From the NCBI GenBank assembly GCA_965216785.1, contig OZ244197.1, positions 1,440,001 to 1,504,000 on the forward strand: a stretch of DNA of 64,000 nucleotides, in the 5' to 3' direction. Below the pieces are notes generated by a model. It saw only the letters and a list, made by a program, of their open reading frames with translations. It searched no databases and was not told the origin of the DNA. The position numbers and the translations under genes are program-made. The stretch comes from Thermodesulfobacteriota bacterium. GTDB lineage: Bacteria; Desulfobacterota_D; UBA1144; Nemesobacterales; UBA2774. Below are positions 38,860-48,707 of the stretch, piece after piece; the first letter of the stretch is position 1, and each line of letters starts with the position of its first letter.

Positions 38860-39337
38860 AGTAGCCATATACCCCGGATCGTTCGATCCTTTTACAAGAG
38901 GTCATATGAATATCATTGACCGGGGCATAAAGGTATTCGACAAAGTTATTGTTGCAGTCGCGCACAATAAATCTAAAAATACTATTTTTACGCTTGAAGA
39001 GAGAGTTCAGATACTACAAACCTTATTTGATGGGCGAAGTGATGTCGAGGTAGACTCCTTTGAGGGTCTGCTCGTTGATTACGTAATTAAGCGCGGCACA
39101 AATGTTGTGCTCCGCGGCATGAGAACAGTGTCCGATTTTGAGTACGAGCTTCAAATGGCCCTCGCCAATAAGACTCTTAACGACGGGGTTGAAACGGTCT
39201 TTATGGTTACGGACAGTGAATTCTCTCACATCAGCTCATCGGTGATTAAAGAAGTCGTTTCACTCAACGGTTCGGCGTCTCACATGGTCCCGGATATTGT
39301 TGAGAAGAAACTCAGAGAAAAATTGTTATCTAGCTAG
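38852..39337 (+). CDS. coaD: Phosphopantetheine adenylyltransferase
   Basis: YPGSFDPFTRGH, RGMRTVSDFEYE, ISSS. Confidence 0.97.
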   Translation: MSKVAIYPGSFDPFTRGHMNIIDRGIKVFDKVIVAVAHNKSKNTIFTLEERVQILQTLFDGRSDVEVDSFEGLLVDYVIKRGTNVVLRGMRTVSDFEYELQMALANKTLNDGVETVFMVTDSEFSHISSSVIKEVVSLNGSASHMVPDIVEKKLREKLLSS

Positions 39338-39352
39338 GAGGAGTTCCAACAC

Positions 39353-40543
39353 ATGAAATTATCAACACGTGCCAAGCGGCTAAAGCCATCCGCTACACTC
39401 ACGATTACAGCAAAAGCCAAAGAGCTGAAATCACAGGGCGTAGATGTTATAGGGTTCGGGGCGGGAGAGCCCGATTTCGACAGCCCCGAGCACGTAAAAG
39501 AAGAGGCTATTAAAGCTATACGGCAAGGACTTACAAAATATACGGCGGTAGGCGGAATTGACGAGCTCAAGGACTCCATAATCGGAAGACTAAGAGAAGA
39601 CCATGGTCTTGAGTACGAAAGATCAGAGATAATTGTATCTATCGGCGCCAAGCACTCTCTTTACAATCTCATTCAGGTCCTCGTCGACTCGGGCGACGAG
39701 GTCATCGTGCCCGCACCCTACTGGGTATCCTATCCAGAGCAAATAACACTTGCCGAAGGTACTCCCGTAATACTTGAGACAAGTGAGGAAAACGGTTTTA
39801 AGATAGAGCCGGACGAGCTTAAAAAGCATATAAACTCCAGCACTAAAGCGCTCATATTGAACTATCCCTCAAACCCAACGGGCGCTACATACAATGAAGA
39901 AGAGCTAAGGGCCATTGTAGATGTAGCCATGGATGCGGGTATCGCGATCATTTCAGATGAGATTTACGAGAAGATACTGTATAACGGTCTCAAGCACACT
40001 CCTGTGGCCGCGCTCGGTGAAGATATTAAGAAGGCCACTATGCTTGTAAACGGAGTCTCAAAAACATACTCGATGACAGGCTGGAGAATAGGCTACGCGG
40101 CGGGAGACAAAGAAGTTATTAGCGCTATGTCCAAGCTCCAGGGGCAGTCCACATCTAACCCCACATCCATTGCCCAGTGGGCGGCAATCGCCGCTTTCAG
40201 CGGCCCGCATGACGAAATCGTCAGGCGCACAGGGGAGTTTGAGGAGAGGAAAAACTACATAGTTGAGAGACTAAACAGAATCCCCGGGATAAGCTGTTTC
40301 AGCCCACAGGGGGCTTTTTACGTGTTTCCCAACGTCTCAGGGTTCTACGGTAAGGAATATGACGGCAAGCTTATAAAAGACTCTCTCGATTTTACAGAAT
40401 ACATTCTTGTCGAGGCCAAGGTGGCGGTTGTGCCCGGAGTTGCTTTTGGCTCCGACGATCACGTTCGTATCTCCTACGCAACTTCGATGGACGATATAGT
40501 TAAGGGAATGGACAGGATGGAAGAGGCTTTAGGCCGCCTTTAG
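39353..40543 (+). CDS. aspC: Aspartate aminotransferase (class I PLP)
   Basis: GAGEPDF, PYWVSY, PSNPTG, DEIYE, SKTYSMTGWRIGY. Confidence 0.88.
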   Translation: MKLSTRAKRLKPSATLTITAKAKELKSQGVDVIGFGAGEPDFDSPEHVKEEAIKAIRQGLTKYTAVGGIDELKDSIIGRLREDHGLEYERSEIIVSIGAKHSLYNLIQVLVDSGDEVIVPAPYWVSYPEQITLAEGTPVILETSEENGFKIEPDELKKHINSSTKALILNYPSNPTGATYNEEELRAIVDVAMDAGIAIISDEIYEKILYNGLKHTPVAALGEDIKKATMLVNGVSKTYSMTGWRIGYAAGDKEVISAMSKLQGQSTSNPTSIAQWAAIAAFSGPHDEIVRRTGEFEERKNYIVERLNRIPGISCFSPQGAFYVFPNVSGFYGKEYDGKLIKDSLDFTEYILVEAKVAVVPGVAFGSDDHVRISYATSMDDIVKGMDRMEEALGRL

Positions 40544-40623
40544 AGACAGCTTTAAAGGTGAATATTGAATATTCATAGTATTCGTCTATAATTTCAATTG
40601 GATTTTGGGTATGAGGCAGTACA

Positions 40624-40959
40624 TTGAAATTCAGCTTCCAACAATTTGTCGAAACTGAGTTAGAATTATTTCTCAGATTCAGTATACCGCTTGTTTTAAT
40701 CCTACAGCTATGCCTATCCGGATTCGCCTTATCTTTTGAGTCAAGTGGCGATCTTGCGCTTGAGAGCTGCAACCACGACAGTTCTGCTATATCACTGTTT
40801 TGTATTGAAGATACTGAAGGCAAAGGCTTAAATATAGGTCCTTTGACTTTAGATATTTATGACTCCATAAACTTAAGATTAAGTTCTGTCGATAAAGCTC
40901 CTCCCGGTAATTTTCTTTACCTCCATAATCATTCAAGATCACCTCCCCCCCGTATTTAA
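40624..40959 (+). CDS. Hypothetical protein with N-terminal hydrophobic segment and C-terminal RSPP motif (candidate arrest/leader peptide)
   Basis: TM-like FSIPLVLILQLCLSGFAL; ends HNHSRSPPPRI*; TTG start with GAGG. Confidence 0.5.
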   Translation: MKFSFQQFVETELELFLRFSIPLVLILQLCLSGFALSFESSGDLALESCNHDSSAISLFCIEDTEGKGLNIGPLTLDIYDSINLRLSSVDKAPPGNFLYLHNHSRSPPPRI

Positions 40960-41064
40960 CTCAAGTAATTCTTTGATATCTATAATTACAGCATTATTTG
41001 CTGACCTTAAAGAATTATAGGTGTACTTCCACTGAACTAGAAGAACAATACGGAGTGAAACAGC

Positions 41065-41301
41065 TTGGAAAAAACGAGAGAATTTGGTTTTTTGATAAAA
41101 ATGTTAATTGTTGTCATTATGTTAATTTGCAGTTGCGCAAAATCTCCAACTACGTTTTATGCAGTCCCGATATGCGACTGTAGATATAATCAGGAAGACC
41201 CAGGTAGCGGCTGCCACGGTACAAATGTCTGTGATCCTGACATTCCGTGCACTGTTTCAACCGGACGTAGTGATAAGTGTGTTCTGGAGGAAAGCCCCTA
41301 A
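41065..41301 (+). CDS. Small Cys-rich probable lipoprotein
   Basis: Hydrophobic stretch ending ICSC, then six more Cys; start may be ATG 41101. Confidence 0.5.
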   Translation: MEKTREFGFLIKMLIVVIMLICSCAKSPTTFYAVPICDCRYNQEDPGSGCHGTNVCDPDIPCTVSTGRSDKCVLEESP

Positions 41302-41418
41302 GTATTTCATATTAGAACACCGGGCTCTGTTCCGTATATTGGATAAGAGCCCGGGGACATAAACTTAAATTCTACTAAACAGTTGATAATAATTTGGCAA
41401 TAGACTGAATAAACCAAC

Positions 41419-42876
41419 ATGAATATAAAGCTTGTATTACATGTAATCGGTACTTTTTTAAAGTTCTTCGGGTTATTACTCCTCATACCGGCCATCTGTT
41501 CATTGATATATCGGGACGGGGATCTGTATATATTCCTGCTGGCACCGTTTTTAGCCAGTACCTCGGGATTCATTTTAGAGAAAGTGTTTAAGGAATCAAA
41601 AGAGATAGATTCCATTGACAGAAAAGAAGCTTTTCTAATAGCTTTTTTGTGCTGGGCTGTAGCTAGTGTCTTCGGCGCTATCCCGTATATATTGATACTG
41701 GATCTTTCTCATCCCATAGACGCTCTGTTCGAGTCGATCTCGGGGTTTACAACAACCGGCGCGACTATTCTAAGCGATATTGAGAGCATGCCGCACGGAA
41801 TTTTATTCTACAGGAGTTTTACTCAATGGCTTGGTGGTATGGGGATTATAATTCTGGGCATAGCTATACTCCCTAAGCTCTCAGTAGGAGGGATGCAGCT
41901 TATGGGCTCAGAAGCCCCCGGGCCTGTAACCGAGAAACTGACGCCTAAAATTGCTGAAACCGCAAAAAAATTATGGTTTGTATATATCGCCCTATCACTC
42001 TTGTTAATCGTTTTGCTTTCAATTTCAGGCATGCCCGTGTTCGATTCGATTGCAACAGCTTTCAGCACCTTGTCCACCGGCGGTTTTTCAGTCAGGAACG
42101 CCAGCATTGAGTCTTACGACAGCGCCTTAATTGAAACTCTGGTAACCGTCTTTATGTTTTTCGGCGGAGTAAACTTTCTTCTCCATTATTACTTCTTGAC
42201 CGGAAGGTTTTCAAAGGTCTTCAAGAGCTCGGAGCTCAAGTATTACTTTCTCTTAGTCATTCTTTTTACTCTCCTGATTACTCTCAACTTGTGGCATACG
42301 CAATATGGGGGGTTTTTAGAGGCGCTCCGCTACTCGTCTTTTCAGGTAGTTTCCATCATATCGACTACCGGGTTCAGCTCTGCAAATTTTGATCTTTGGC
42401 CCACCTTCTCTATTTTCGCGATACTCACGCTCATGTTCATCGGCGCCTGCGCTGGTTCAACCTCAGGTTCAATAAAGGTAATCAGGATTATCATTTTGAT
42501 TAAAAAGATTTTTTCAAGAGAATTAAACCATCTCATCAAGCCCCGGGTAGTAGAGGTGCTGAAAGTAGATAAAAAAGCGGTAACGAATGATGTAATATCG
42601 ACCGTTACAAGCTTTATCCTGCTCTATATTCTGATCTTTGCGATATCCGTGCTGATGATACTACTTGTAGAGGATATATCAATCCTGGGAGCTATCTCGG
42701 CATGCGCCGCTTCCATCGGTAATGTGGGTCCCGGATTTTTAGAGTTCGGTGCAGTTCAAAACTACGCTTTTCTCACAAGGTTTTCAAAATTCCTGCTCTC
42801 TTTTTTAATGCTTGTCGGTAGACTCGAGATATTCACTGTGCTCGTCATTCTCTCCCCTGTTTTCTGGAGGAAATAA
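41419..42876 (+). CDS. trkH: Trk potassium uptake membrane protein
   Basis: FESISGFTTTGAT, QWLGGMG, STGGFS, STTGF, GACAGSTSGSIK, GNVGPG, GRLE. Confidence 0.94.
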   Translation: MNIKLVLHVIGTFLKFFGLLLLIPAICSLIYRDGDLYIFLLAPFLASTSGFILEKVFKESKEIDSIDRKEAFLIAFLCWAVASVFGAIPYILILDLSHPIDALFESISGFTTTGATILSDIESMPHGILFYRSFTQWLGGMGIIILGIAILPKLSVGGMQLMGSEAPGPVTEKLTPKIAETAKKLWFVYIALSLLLIVLLSISGMPVFDSIATAFSTLSTGGFSVRNASIESYDSALIETLVTVFMFFGGVNFLLHYYFLTGRFSKVFKSSELKYYFLLVILFTLLITLNLWHTQYGGFLEALRYSSFQVVSIISTTGFSSANFDLWPTFSIFAILTLMFIGACAGSTSGSIKVIRIIILIKKIFSRELNHLIKPRVVEVLKVDKKAVTNDVISTVTSFILLYILIFAISVLMILLVEDISILGAISACAASIGNVGPGFLEFGAVQNYAFLTRFSKFLLSFLMLVGRLEIFTVLVILSPVFWRK

Positions 42877-42895
42877 GTATCTAACTCTAAAATCC

Positions 42896-43777
42896 TCAAT
42901 ATTGAAAAACCTTCCCGAGCTCCTTTTTGAAAAAATCTATGCAGATTTTCATTTTCTCATTATCGATAAGCTCTTTTTGTGTAATCAGCCAAATCGGAGA
43001 GCCAAAATCGTAAAACCGCTCGCTTACCTCAACAAGAGAATTGTCCATATCTTTATAAACGCAGGGCAGAAGTCCTATGCCAATTCCGGCTTTCACAGCC
43101 GCGTAAACGCTCTCCATCGAGCTTGCTTTTAGTGAGATGTTCTCTTCCCTTATCTTACTCCTGAGCCATTTGTTTGATTTTGTGTGCTCGATCTTTTCAC
43201 TGCCTGCGATAAAGCTGTTTTTCTTAAAAAAGTCAGCTGTGTTAAACTTGGGTTTACCTTTAAGATAGTCTTCAGTTCCATAAAATGCCCAAGCGCCTCT
43301 TCCGACTTTCACTGCGTATACGTGTGGTTCCACTGAGTCAGACGACCTTATAGCCAGGTCCGCTTCTCGCTTATACATGTCAAAGAAGTCCTCGGCTACA
43401 TTTATGTCTAATTGCAGTTGTGGGTAGAGCTTATGGAATTTGGCAAGCAGCGGTGGTAGCACTACGTTCGCTATAACGTCAGTAGTAGTAATGTTTACAG
43501 TGCCGAACAGCTCCGTAAGGTCGTCTTCTAGAAACTTATCTATTTTTGACATCTCGTCCTCAAGATGAGAGGACTTTTTCATAAGCCCCTCGCCCCAGCT
43601 CGTAAGTAAGTAGGTGTTTGCGGCGCGCTTAAACAGTTTCTTGCCTAGCTTCTTCTCAAATCTGTTTATCCTTCTATAAACGGTAGTCTGATCTACCCCG
43701 AGCCTCTCCGCGGCCCTCGATAGATTAAGAGTTTTCGATACCTCCAAGAACACTCTCAGATCATCCCAGTTATACAT
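42896..43777 (-). CDS. LysR family transcriptional regulator
   Basis: MYNWDDLRVFLEV...SRAAERLGVDQTTVYRRI HTH; READLAIR. Confidence 0.94.
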   Translation of the reverse strand: MYNWDDLRVFLEVSKTLNLSRAAERLGVDQTTVYRRINRFEKKLGKKLFKRAANTYLLTSWGEGLMKKSSHLEDEMSKIDKFLEDDLTELFGTVNITTTDVIANVVLPPLLAKFHKLYPQLQLDINVAEDFFDMYKREADLAIRSSDSVEPHVYAVKVGRGAWAFYGTEDYLKGKPKFNTADFFKKNSFIAGSEKIEHTKSNKWLRSKIREENISLKASSMESVYAAVKAGIGIGLLPCVYKDMDNSLVEVSERFYDFGSPIWLITQKELIDNEKMKICIDFFKKELGKVFQY

Positions 43778-43806
43778 GCGCTCTCACCTCGGAATAAATT
43801 ATATCC

Positions 43807-43871
43807 TGCAGTTATGCAAGTGAAAACCTGCAAACAAACTGATTGACGTGCATTGTTGCAGGTTCTATTAT
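43807..43871 (+). promoter_or_regulatory. Divergent promoter with probable LysR sites
   Basis: TGCA-N4-TGCA dyads at 43807 (T-N11-A) and 43849; TTGACG(43843)-17 bp-TATTAT(43866). Confidence 0.55.
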
Positions 43872-43955
43872 ACTCACTAACGCACAAATATGAAATAGAA
43901 AAAGAGTTTTGGTCAAAATGAGCACGGTAAAAAATATTTGAAGGAGGTCATTTCA

Positions 43956-44744
43956 ATGAAATATACAAGATTTAGAGTGGGACTGTATTTAATAGCTCTC
44001 TTAATGCTGGGTATGGGCTTGCATATAACCAAGGTGAGCGCACAAGAAGAGGTCCTGCCCCCGCCGCAGCTCGTAAGGAACGCATGGATGCTGATTATCG
44101 GTTACGAGGCCGACCCTGAAGCCATCAAGGCCGTTTTGCCCGAGGGGCTAGAGCCCCATCCGAATAACAGGGTGGTGCTCAATATGTACACCGTACCTGA
44201 AGCAGATCAGACATCGGGGTTCGGAGCTTATACGCTTACCTATGTTACTGTAGAGGTAGCAGGGCAGGACTCCTATACCATGGGTCAGCCTACCGGGTTT
44301 CCGGGCAGATACTTTGCCTACTATTTCAACAGCTCCCCTGTAATGAGGGCGTTCACAAAGCCCGCGGGCATACCGGCGGAGACGGGTTTTACTACTACAA
44401 CCGTCAAGGACGGCAAGCTCACAGCAACTCTTGAAATAGACGGAGTAAAGTTCATCGAATCTACAGCTGACGTAGGCTCTGATTTCGTTGGAGTGCTGGG
44501 CGGGCATTTAAACTACTTTGGTTTACTTCAGTCTCAAGGCATGCAGCAGGTCGTGAAGTACCCAATCCCCTGGATCGGGTATCCAGTGAATACCGAGAAC
44601 GCTACGGTTAATTTCACCATGCCTGAGGACCATCCTCTATATAAGTTGAAACCTAAGAAAGTAGACTGGGCCGTTTGGATTAGAGGAAGTTTTGTATATC
44701 CTCAGTATCAGGTTATTCACGAGAATAAAACCGCAAAAAAATAA
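43956..44744 (+). CDS. Secreted acetoacetate-decarboxylase-fold protein
   Basis: Signal peptide VSA|QE; YEADPEAIKAVLPEGLEP, TSGFGAYT; start at ATG 43956 (AAGGAGG SD). Confidence 0.65.
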   Translation: MKYTRFRVGLYLIALLMLGMGLHITKVSAQEEVLPPPQLVRNAWMLIIGYEADPEAIKAVLPEGLEPHPNNRVVLNMYTVPEADQTSGFGAYTLTYVTVEVAGQDSYTMGQPTGFPGRYFAYYFNSSPVMRAFTKPAGIPAETGFTTTTVKDGKLTATLEIDGVKFIESTADVGSDFVGVLGGHLNYFGLLQSQGMQQVVKYPIPWIGYPVNTENATVNFTMPEDHPLYKLKPKKVDWAVWIRGSFVYPQYQVIHENKTAKK

Positions 44745-44842
44745 TACTGCGGATTCTTGATTCAATGATATATTAGTATTCTGTCTACCGTGCTCATTTT
44801 GACCGGCATTAGGTAAAGTCTTATAACAAGAGGAGAATTGAT

Positions 44843-45868
44843 ATGAAATTCGGTATTGGATACTACAGCCTTCAGTCGCCGCCACACAACAAGAGACCGC
44901 ACTTAGATCTTTATACGGAAATGCTAGAGGAGGTCAAGACCGCGGACCAGATGGGTTTTGACTCTGCCTGGCTCACGGAGCACCATTTCCTCGGGGACGG
45001 TTATTGTCCCTCACTTCTTTTAGTTGCGGCTGCCATAGGCGCGGTGACCCAGAATATCCGTATCGGCACAGGTGTTCTTCTGCTGCCTCTCCATGACCCC
45101 GTGCGTGTGGCCGAAGACGCCGCCGTGGCAGATTTAATATCAAATGGCCGATTGATACTCGGACTCGGCCTTGGCTACAGACAGGAAGAGTTCGACGGAT
45201 TTGGCCGCTCGCTTAAGGAGAGAAGGGGGCGCATGGAAGAAGGGATCGAAATAATACAGAAAAGCTGGACAGACGAGCCCTTCAGCGTAGACGGCAGGTA
45301 CTATAAGCTCGAAAACGTAAACGTAACTCCAAAGCCCGTTCAAAAACCAATACCCATATGGATAGGCGCTTTCACAGAGCCCGCTATCAGAAGGGCCGCG
45401 AGAATAGGCGCCCCTCTTTACGTGCCGGCAATCGGTATCATACCTATAATCAAATACCTATTAGATATGCACGCTGATCTCCTCAGAGAGTATGGGAGAG
45501 ACCCTGCTGATTTCGAAAAACCGCTCGTAAGAGAGATGTACATATCCGATAAGAGCGCAGACGATACGTGGGAGGTAATTAAAGAGCACGTCACATACAC
45601 CGCCAAGGGCTACGCGTCCTGGGGCTCCATGGTAGACCGCGAGGGGAACCTGCTCTCAAACCCCGATGACCCGGTTCTCTACGATATAGCGAGAGACCAG
45701 GCAATAATAGGGACCCCGGAGGAATGTATCGACGCGATTACTCAGTACAAAGAAGAGCTGGGCATCGATAACCTTATCTGCCGCTTCAAGTTCCCGGGAA
45801 TAAGCCATGAAGAGGCTATGAGGTCGATGAAGCTATTCGTGGAAAAAGTGCAGCCGAAAGTCTCTTAG
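44843..45868 (+). CDS. Luciferase-like (LLM) flavin- or F420-dependent oxidoreductase
   Basis: GFDSAWLTEHHF, LPLHDPVRVAEDAA, GRLILGLGLGYR, PKPVQKPIPIWIG. Confidence 0.9.
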   Translation: MKFGIGYYSLQSPPHNKRPHLDLYTEMLEEVKTADQMGFDSAWLTEHHFLGDGYCPSLLLVAAAIGAVTQNIRIGTGVLLLPLHDPVRVAEDAAVADLISNGRLILGLGLGYRQEEFDGFGRSLKERRGRMEEGIEIIQKSWTDEPFSVDGRYYKLENVNVTPKPVQKPIPIWIGAFTEPAIRRAARIGAPLYVPAIGIIPIIKYLLDMHADLLREYGRDPADFEKPLVREMYISDKSADDTWEVIKEHVTYTAKGYASWGSMVDREGNLLSNPDDPVLYDIARDQAIIGTPEECIDAITQYKEELGIDNLICRFKFPGISHEEAMRSMKLFVEKVQPKVS

Positions 45869-46018
45869 CTCTACATTAATATTCCCCGGGTCATAATCAA
45901 ATACCCTTCTCCGGGATATTTTTGTTTCGAGCGGTATGAAAATAATACACCTTGCTTAACTAGAGCTTAATATAGTCCTGGCATACTATTTCCAATCATA
46001 TATTCTTATACGGGGAAT

Positions 46019-47422
46019 ATGCCAATGCCAAACTTGCTGCTTGAAAATAAGACATTTGACGAGATTAAGATAGGTGATACCGCAAGCATCTCAAAGACTC
46101 TGACTAAAGATGATATAGACAAGCTTGCGGCTTTGTCCGGCGACTTGAACCCAACACATATTAACAGTGATTATGCCGAAAAATATAATTCGAGCGGTCT
46201 TACGGCACATAGTATATGGAGCGGCCTTCTTACCTCCGCTCTTCTCGGGACCGAGCTCCCTGGTCCCGGTACCGTGTATGTATCTCAGCAGATGGATTTT
46301 AATAAGACGTTGAAATCGGACGATACCATCACGCTGACTATCAAAGTTATCGACAAGGCTCCCGAAACAAAGACCGTAAATTTTGAATGTATTTGTCTAA
46401 ACCAGGACGGTGAGACTGTTATGACCGGAAGCGCCTCGGTGCTCGCGCCCATAGAAAAAGTATCCGTTGAGAGCGCTGATAGACCTGAGATAATTGTTAA
46501 GACTTACAATAAGTATCAGGACTTCATAGAAATGTGCAGTGCCCTCGATTCCCCCCGCACAGCCGTTGCTCACCCCTGTGATGAGTCCTCACTGAGGGCA
46601 GCTCTTGTCGCAAGCCAGGAGGAGCTTATCGAGCCCGTACTCGTTGGGCCTGGCGGTAGGATAAACAATATCGCCGAGAAACTCGAAATAGATATTTCCG
46701 CATTTGCAATAGTCGATACCCCGCACAGCCATGCCTCCGCCGCAGAAGCCGTAAGGCTCGTAAGAGAAGGGGAGTGCGAGGTGCTGATGAAAGGGAGCCT
46801 CCATACCGACGAGCTTATGGCGGAAGTGATTAAGAGCGATACCGGGCTCAGGACAGAGCGAAGGGTAAGCCATGCTTACGTTATGGACGTGCCCACATAC
46901 CATAAACCGATTATAATCTCGGACGCGGCCGTTAATATCTACCCGAGCCTTGATGAGAAGGTCGATATCTGCCAGAACGTAATCGAGCTTGCGCATATCC
47001 TGGGCATAGAGACGCCCAAAGTCGCCATTATATCTGCCATTGAAACTGTTACTTCAAAGATTCAGTCAACGCTTGACGCTGCAGCGCTCTGCAAGATGGC
47101 TCAGAGGCGGCAGATAACGGGAGCCATACTAGACGGACCGCTCGCATTCGATAACGCGATCAGCCGTAAAGCGGCTGATGTAAAGGGCATTAAGTCTGAA
47201 GTAGCCGGAGACCCGGATATTATCATCGTTCCGGACCTCGAATCGGGCAATATGCTCGCAAAGCAGCTCACTTTTATGGCAAGGGCCGAGGCCGCGGGCA
47301 TTGTTCTCGGGGCGAGAGTCCCGATAGTTCTGGCCAGCAGGGCAGATTCGCTGCGCACAAAGCTTGCCTCTTGCGCGGTAGCCGCGCTCATGGCAAATTC
47401 CTACAGAATCTCCAAAATATAA
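46019..47422 (+). CDS. Bifunctional MaoC (R)-enoyl-CoA hydratase / phosphate acyltransferase
   Basis: LSGDLNPTH, LPGPGTVY (MaoC); LMKGSLHTDEL, DGPLAFDNA, PDLESGNMLAK (Pta/Ptb). Confidence 0.92.
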   Translation: MPMPNLLLENKTFDEIKIGDTASISKTLTKDDIDKLAALSGDLNPTHINSDYAEKYNSSGLTAHSIWSGLLTSALLGTELPGPGTVYVSQQMDFNKTLKSDDTITLTIKVIDKAPETKTVNFECICLNQDGETVMTGSASVLAPIEKVSVESADRPEIIVKTYNKYQDFIEMCSALDSPRTAVAHPCDESSLRAALVASQEELIEPVLVGPGGRINNIAEKLEIDISAFAIVDTPHSHASAAEAVRLVREGECEVLMKGSLHTDELMAEVIKSDTGLRTERRVSHAYVMDVPTYHKPIIISDAAVNIYPSLDEKVDICQNVIELAHILGIETPKVAIISAIETVTSKIQSTLDAAALCKMAQRRQITGAILDGPLAFDNAISRKAADVKGIKSEVAGDPDIIIVPDLESGNMLAKQLTFMARAEAAGIVLGARVPIVLASRADSLRTKLASCAVAALMANSYRISKI

Positions 47423-47439
47423 TAGAAGTTCGTAATCAT

Positions 47440-48615
47440 ATGATACTTGTAATAAATACAGGGTCTTCGAGCGTAAAGTTTGCTGTCTATAAGATGACAG
47501 ATACCGGGGTACAGAGCGCGGTTTGCCGGGGCGGAGTGGAATATATCGGCTCATCTCCAAGATTTTCGGTAAGCGGCGGAGATACTGTGACAATCCAAGA
47601 TATGGAGCTTGACGCAAACTCTGTTTCTACCCACGGCGACGCGGTCGAATGGATCCTCGACTGGATCGAATCTGAACTTCCGCACGCGCTTATCAGTGCA
47701 GTAGGCCACCGTGTAGTTCACGGGGGAGCAGAGTATTCGTCTCCCGCGGTAGTCGATCAAGTAACTTTAGAAAAACTAACAGAATTTGAAGAGCTTGCGC
47801 CCCTTCACCAGCCTTACAACGTGGCAGGCATAGCGGCGATTATGAAATCACACCCCGGTATTCCACAGGTAGCGGTCTTTGACACGTCTTTTCACCGCAC
47901 CCAGCCTAAAATTGCCGAGATGTTTGGTCTTCCCGAGGAATACTATCAATCCGGAGTTCGCCGCTACGGGTTCCATGGTCTGTCTTACGAGTATATTGTG
48001 AGCAAAATGCATGTGATTTCCCCTTCGGTTGCAAATGGCCGCATGATTGTAGCGCATCTTGGAAACGGCGCAAGTATGTGCGCTGTAAATGAACGAAAGA
48101 GCGTCGCGACCACAATGGGTTTTTCAGCCCTTGACGGCCTGCCCATGGGCACGCGCAGCGGCAGCATCGATCCGGGCGTCGTTATCTACTTAATACGTGA
48201 GAAAGGATTTAAAGTAGAGCAGGTAGAGGACCTCTTTTACCGAAAGTCCGGTCTACTTGGTATCTCCGGCATTACCAACGACATGGAGACGCTTACCTCG
48301 AGCGGTGAGCCCGGTGCGCGCTTGGCGGTCGAATATTTCACTTACAGATGTATACGCGAAATCGGCTCACTCACAGCCGCCTTGGACGGTCTCGATGCAC
48401 TCATCTTTACGGCTGGTATCGGTGAGAACAGCCCGGTCATCAGAGAGCGGATATGCGTCGGTCTTTCGTGGCTCGGTATAAGCATTGATGAGGAGAAAAA
48501 CTCCGCCAATAAGGAGCTGATTTCAAAACCGGGTACTTCTCCCGCTGTGTATGTAATCCCAACCAACGAGGAAATAGTAATCGCCCTTCATACGGCTAAT
48601 GCGCTTAAATCCTAG
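47440..48615 (+). CDS. ackA: Acetate/propionate kinase
   Basis: VINTGSSSVK, GHRVVHGG, APLH, FDTSFH, RRYGFHG, HLGNGAS, FTAGIGENS, IPTNEE; start ATG 47440. Confidence 0.94.
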   Translation: MILVINTGSSSVKFAVYKMTDTGVQSAVCRGGVEYIGSSPRFSVSGGDTVTIQDMELDANSVSTHGDAVEWILDWIESELPHALISAVGHRVVHGGAEYSSPAVVDQVTLEKLTEFEELAPLHQPYNVAGIAAIMKSHPGIPQVAVFDTSFHRTQPKIAEMFGLPEEYYQSGVRRYGFHGLSYEYIVSKMHVISPSVANGRMIVAHLGNGASMCAVNERKSVATTMGFSALDGLPMGTRSGSIDPGVVIYLIREKGFKVEQVEDLFYRKSGLLGISGITNDMETLTSSGEPGARLAVEYFTYRCIREIGSLTAALDGLDALIFTAGIGENSPVIRERICVGLSWLGISIDEEKNSANKELISKPGTSPAVYVIPTNEEIVIALHTANALKS

Positions 48616-48707
48616 TCATACCGTTTTTAGTGATAGTATTAAGAGTGTGGTTTCCTGTATATAATTAATCCACTGACAATACCAAGTAGATTGTATAAGA
48701 GGGAGCA

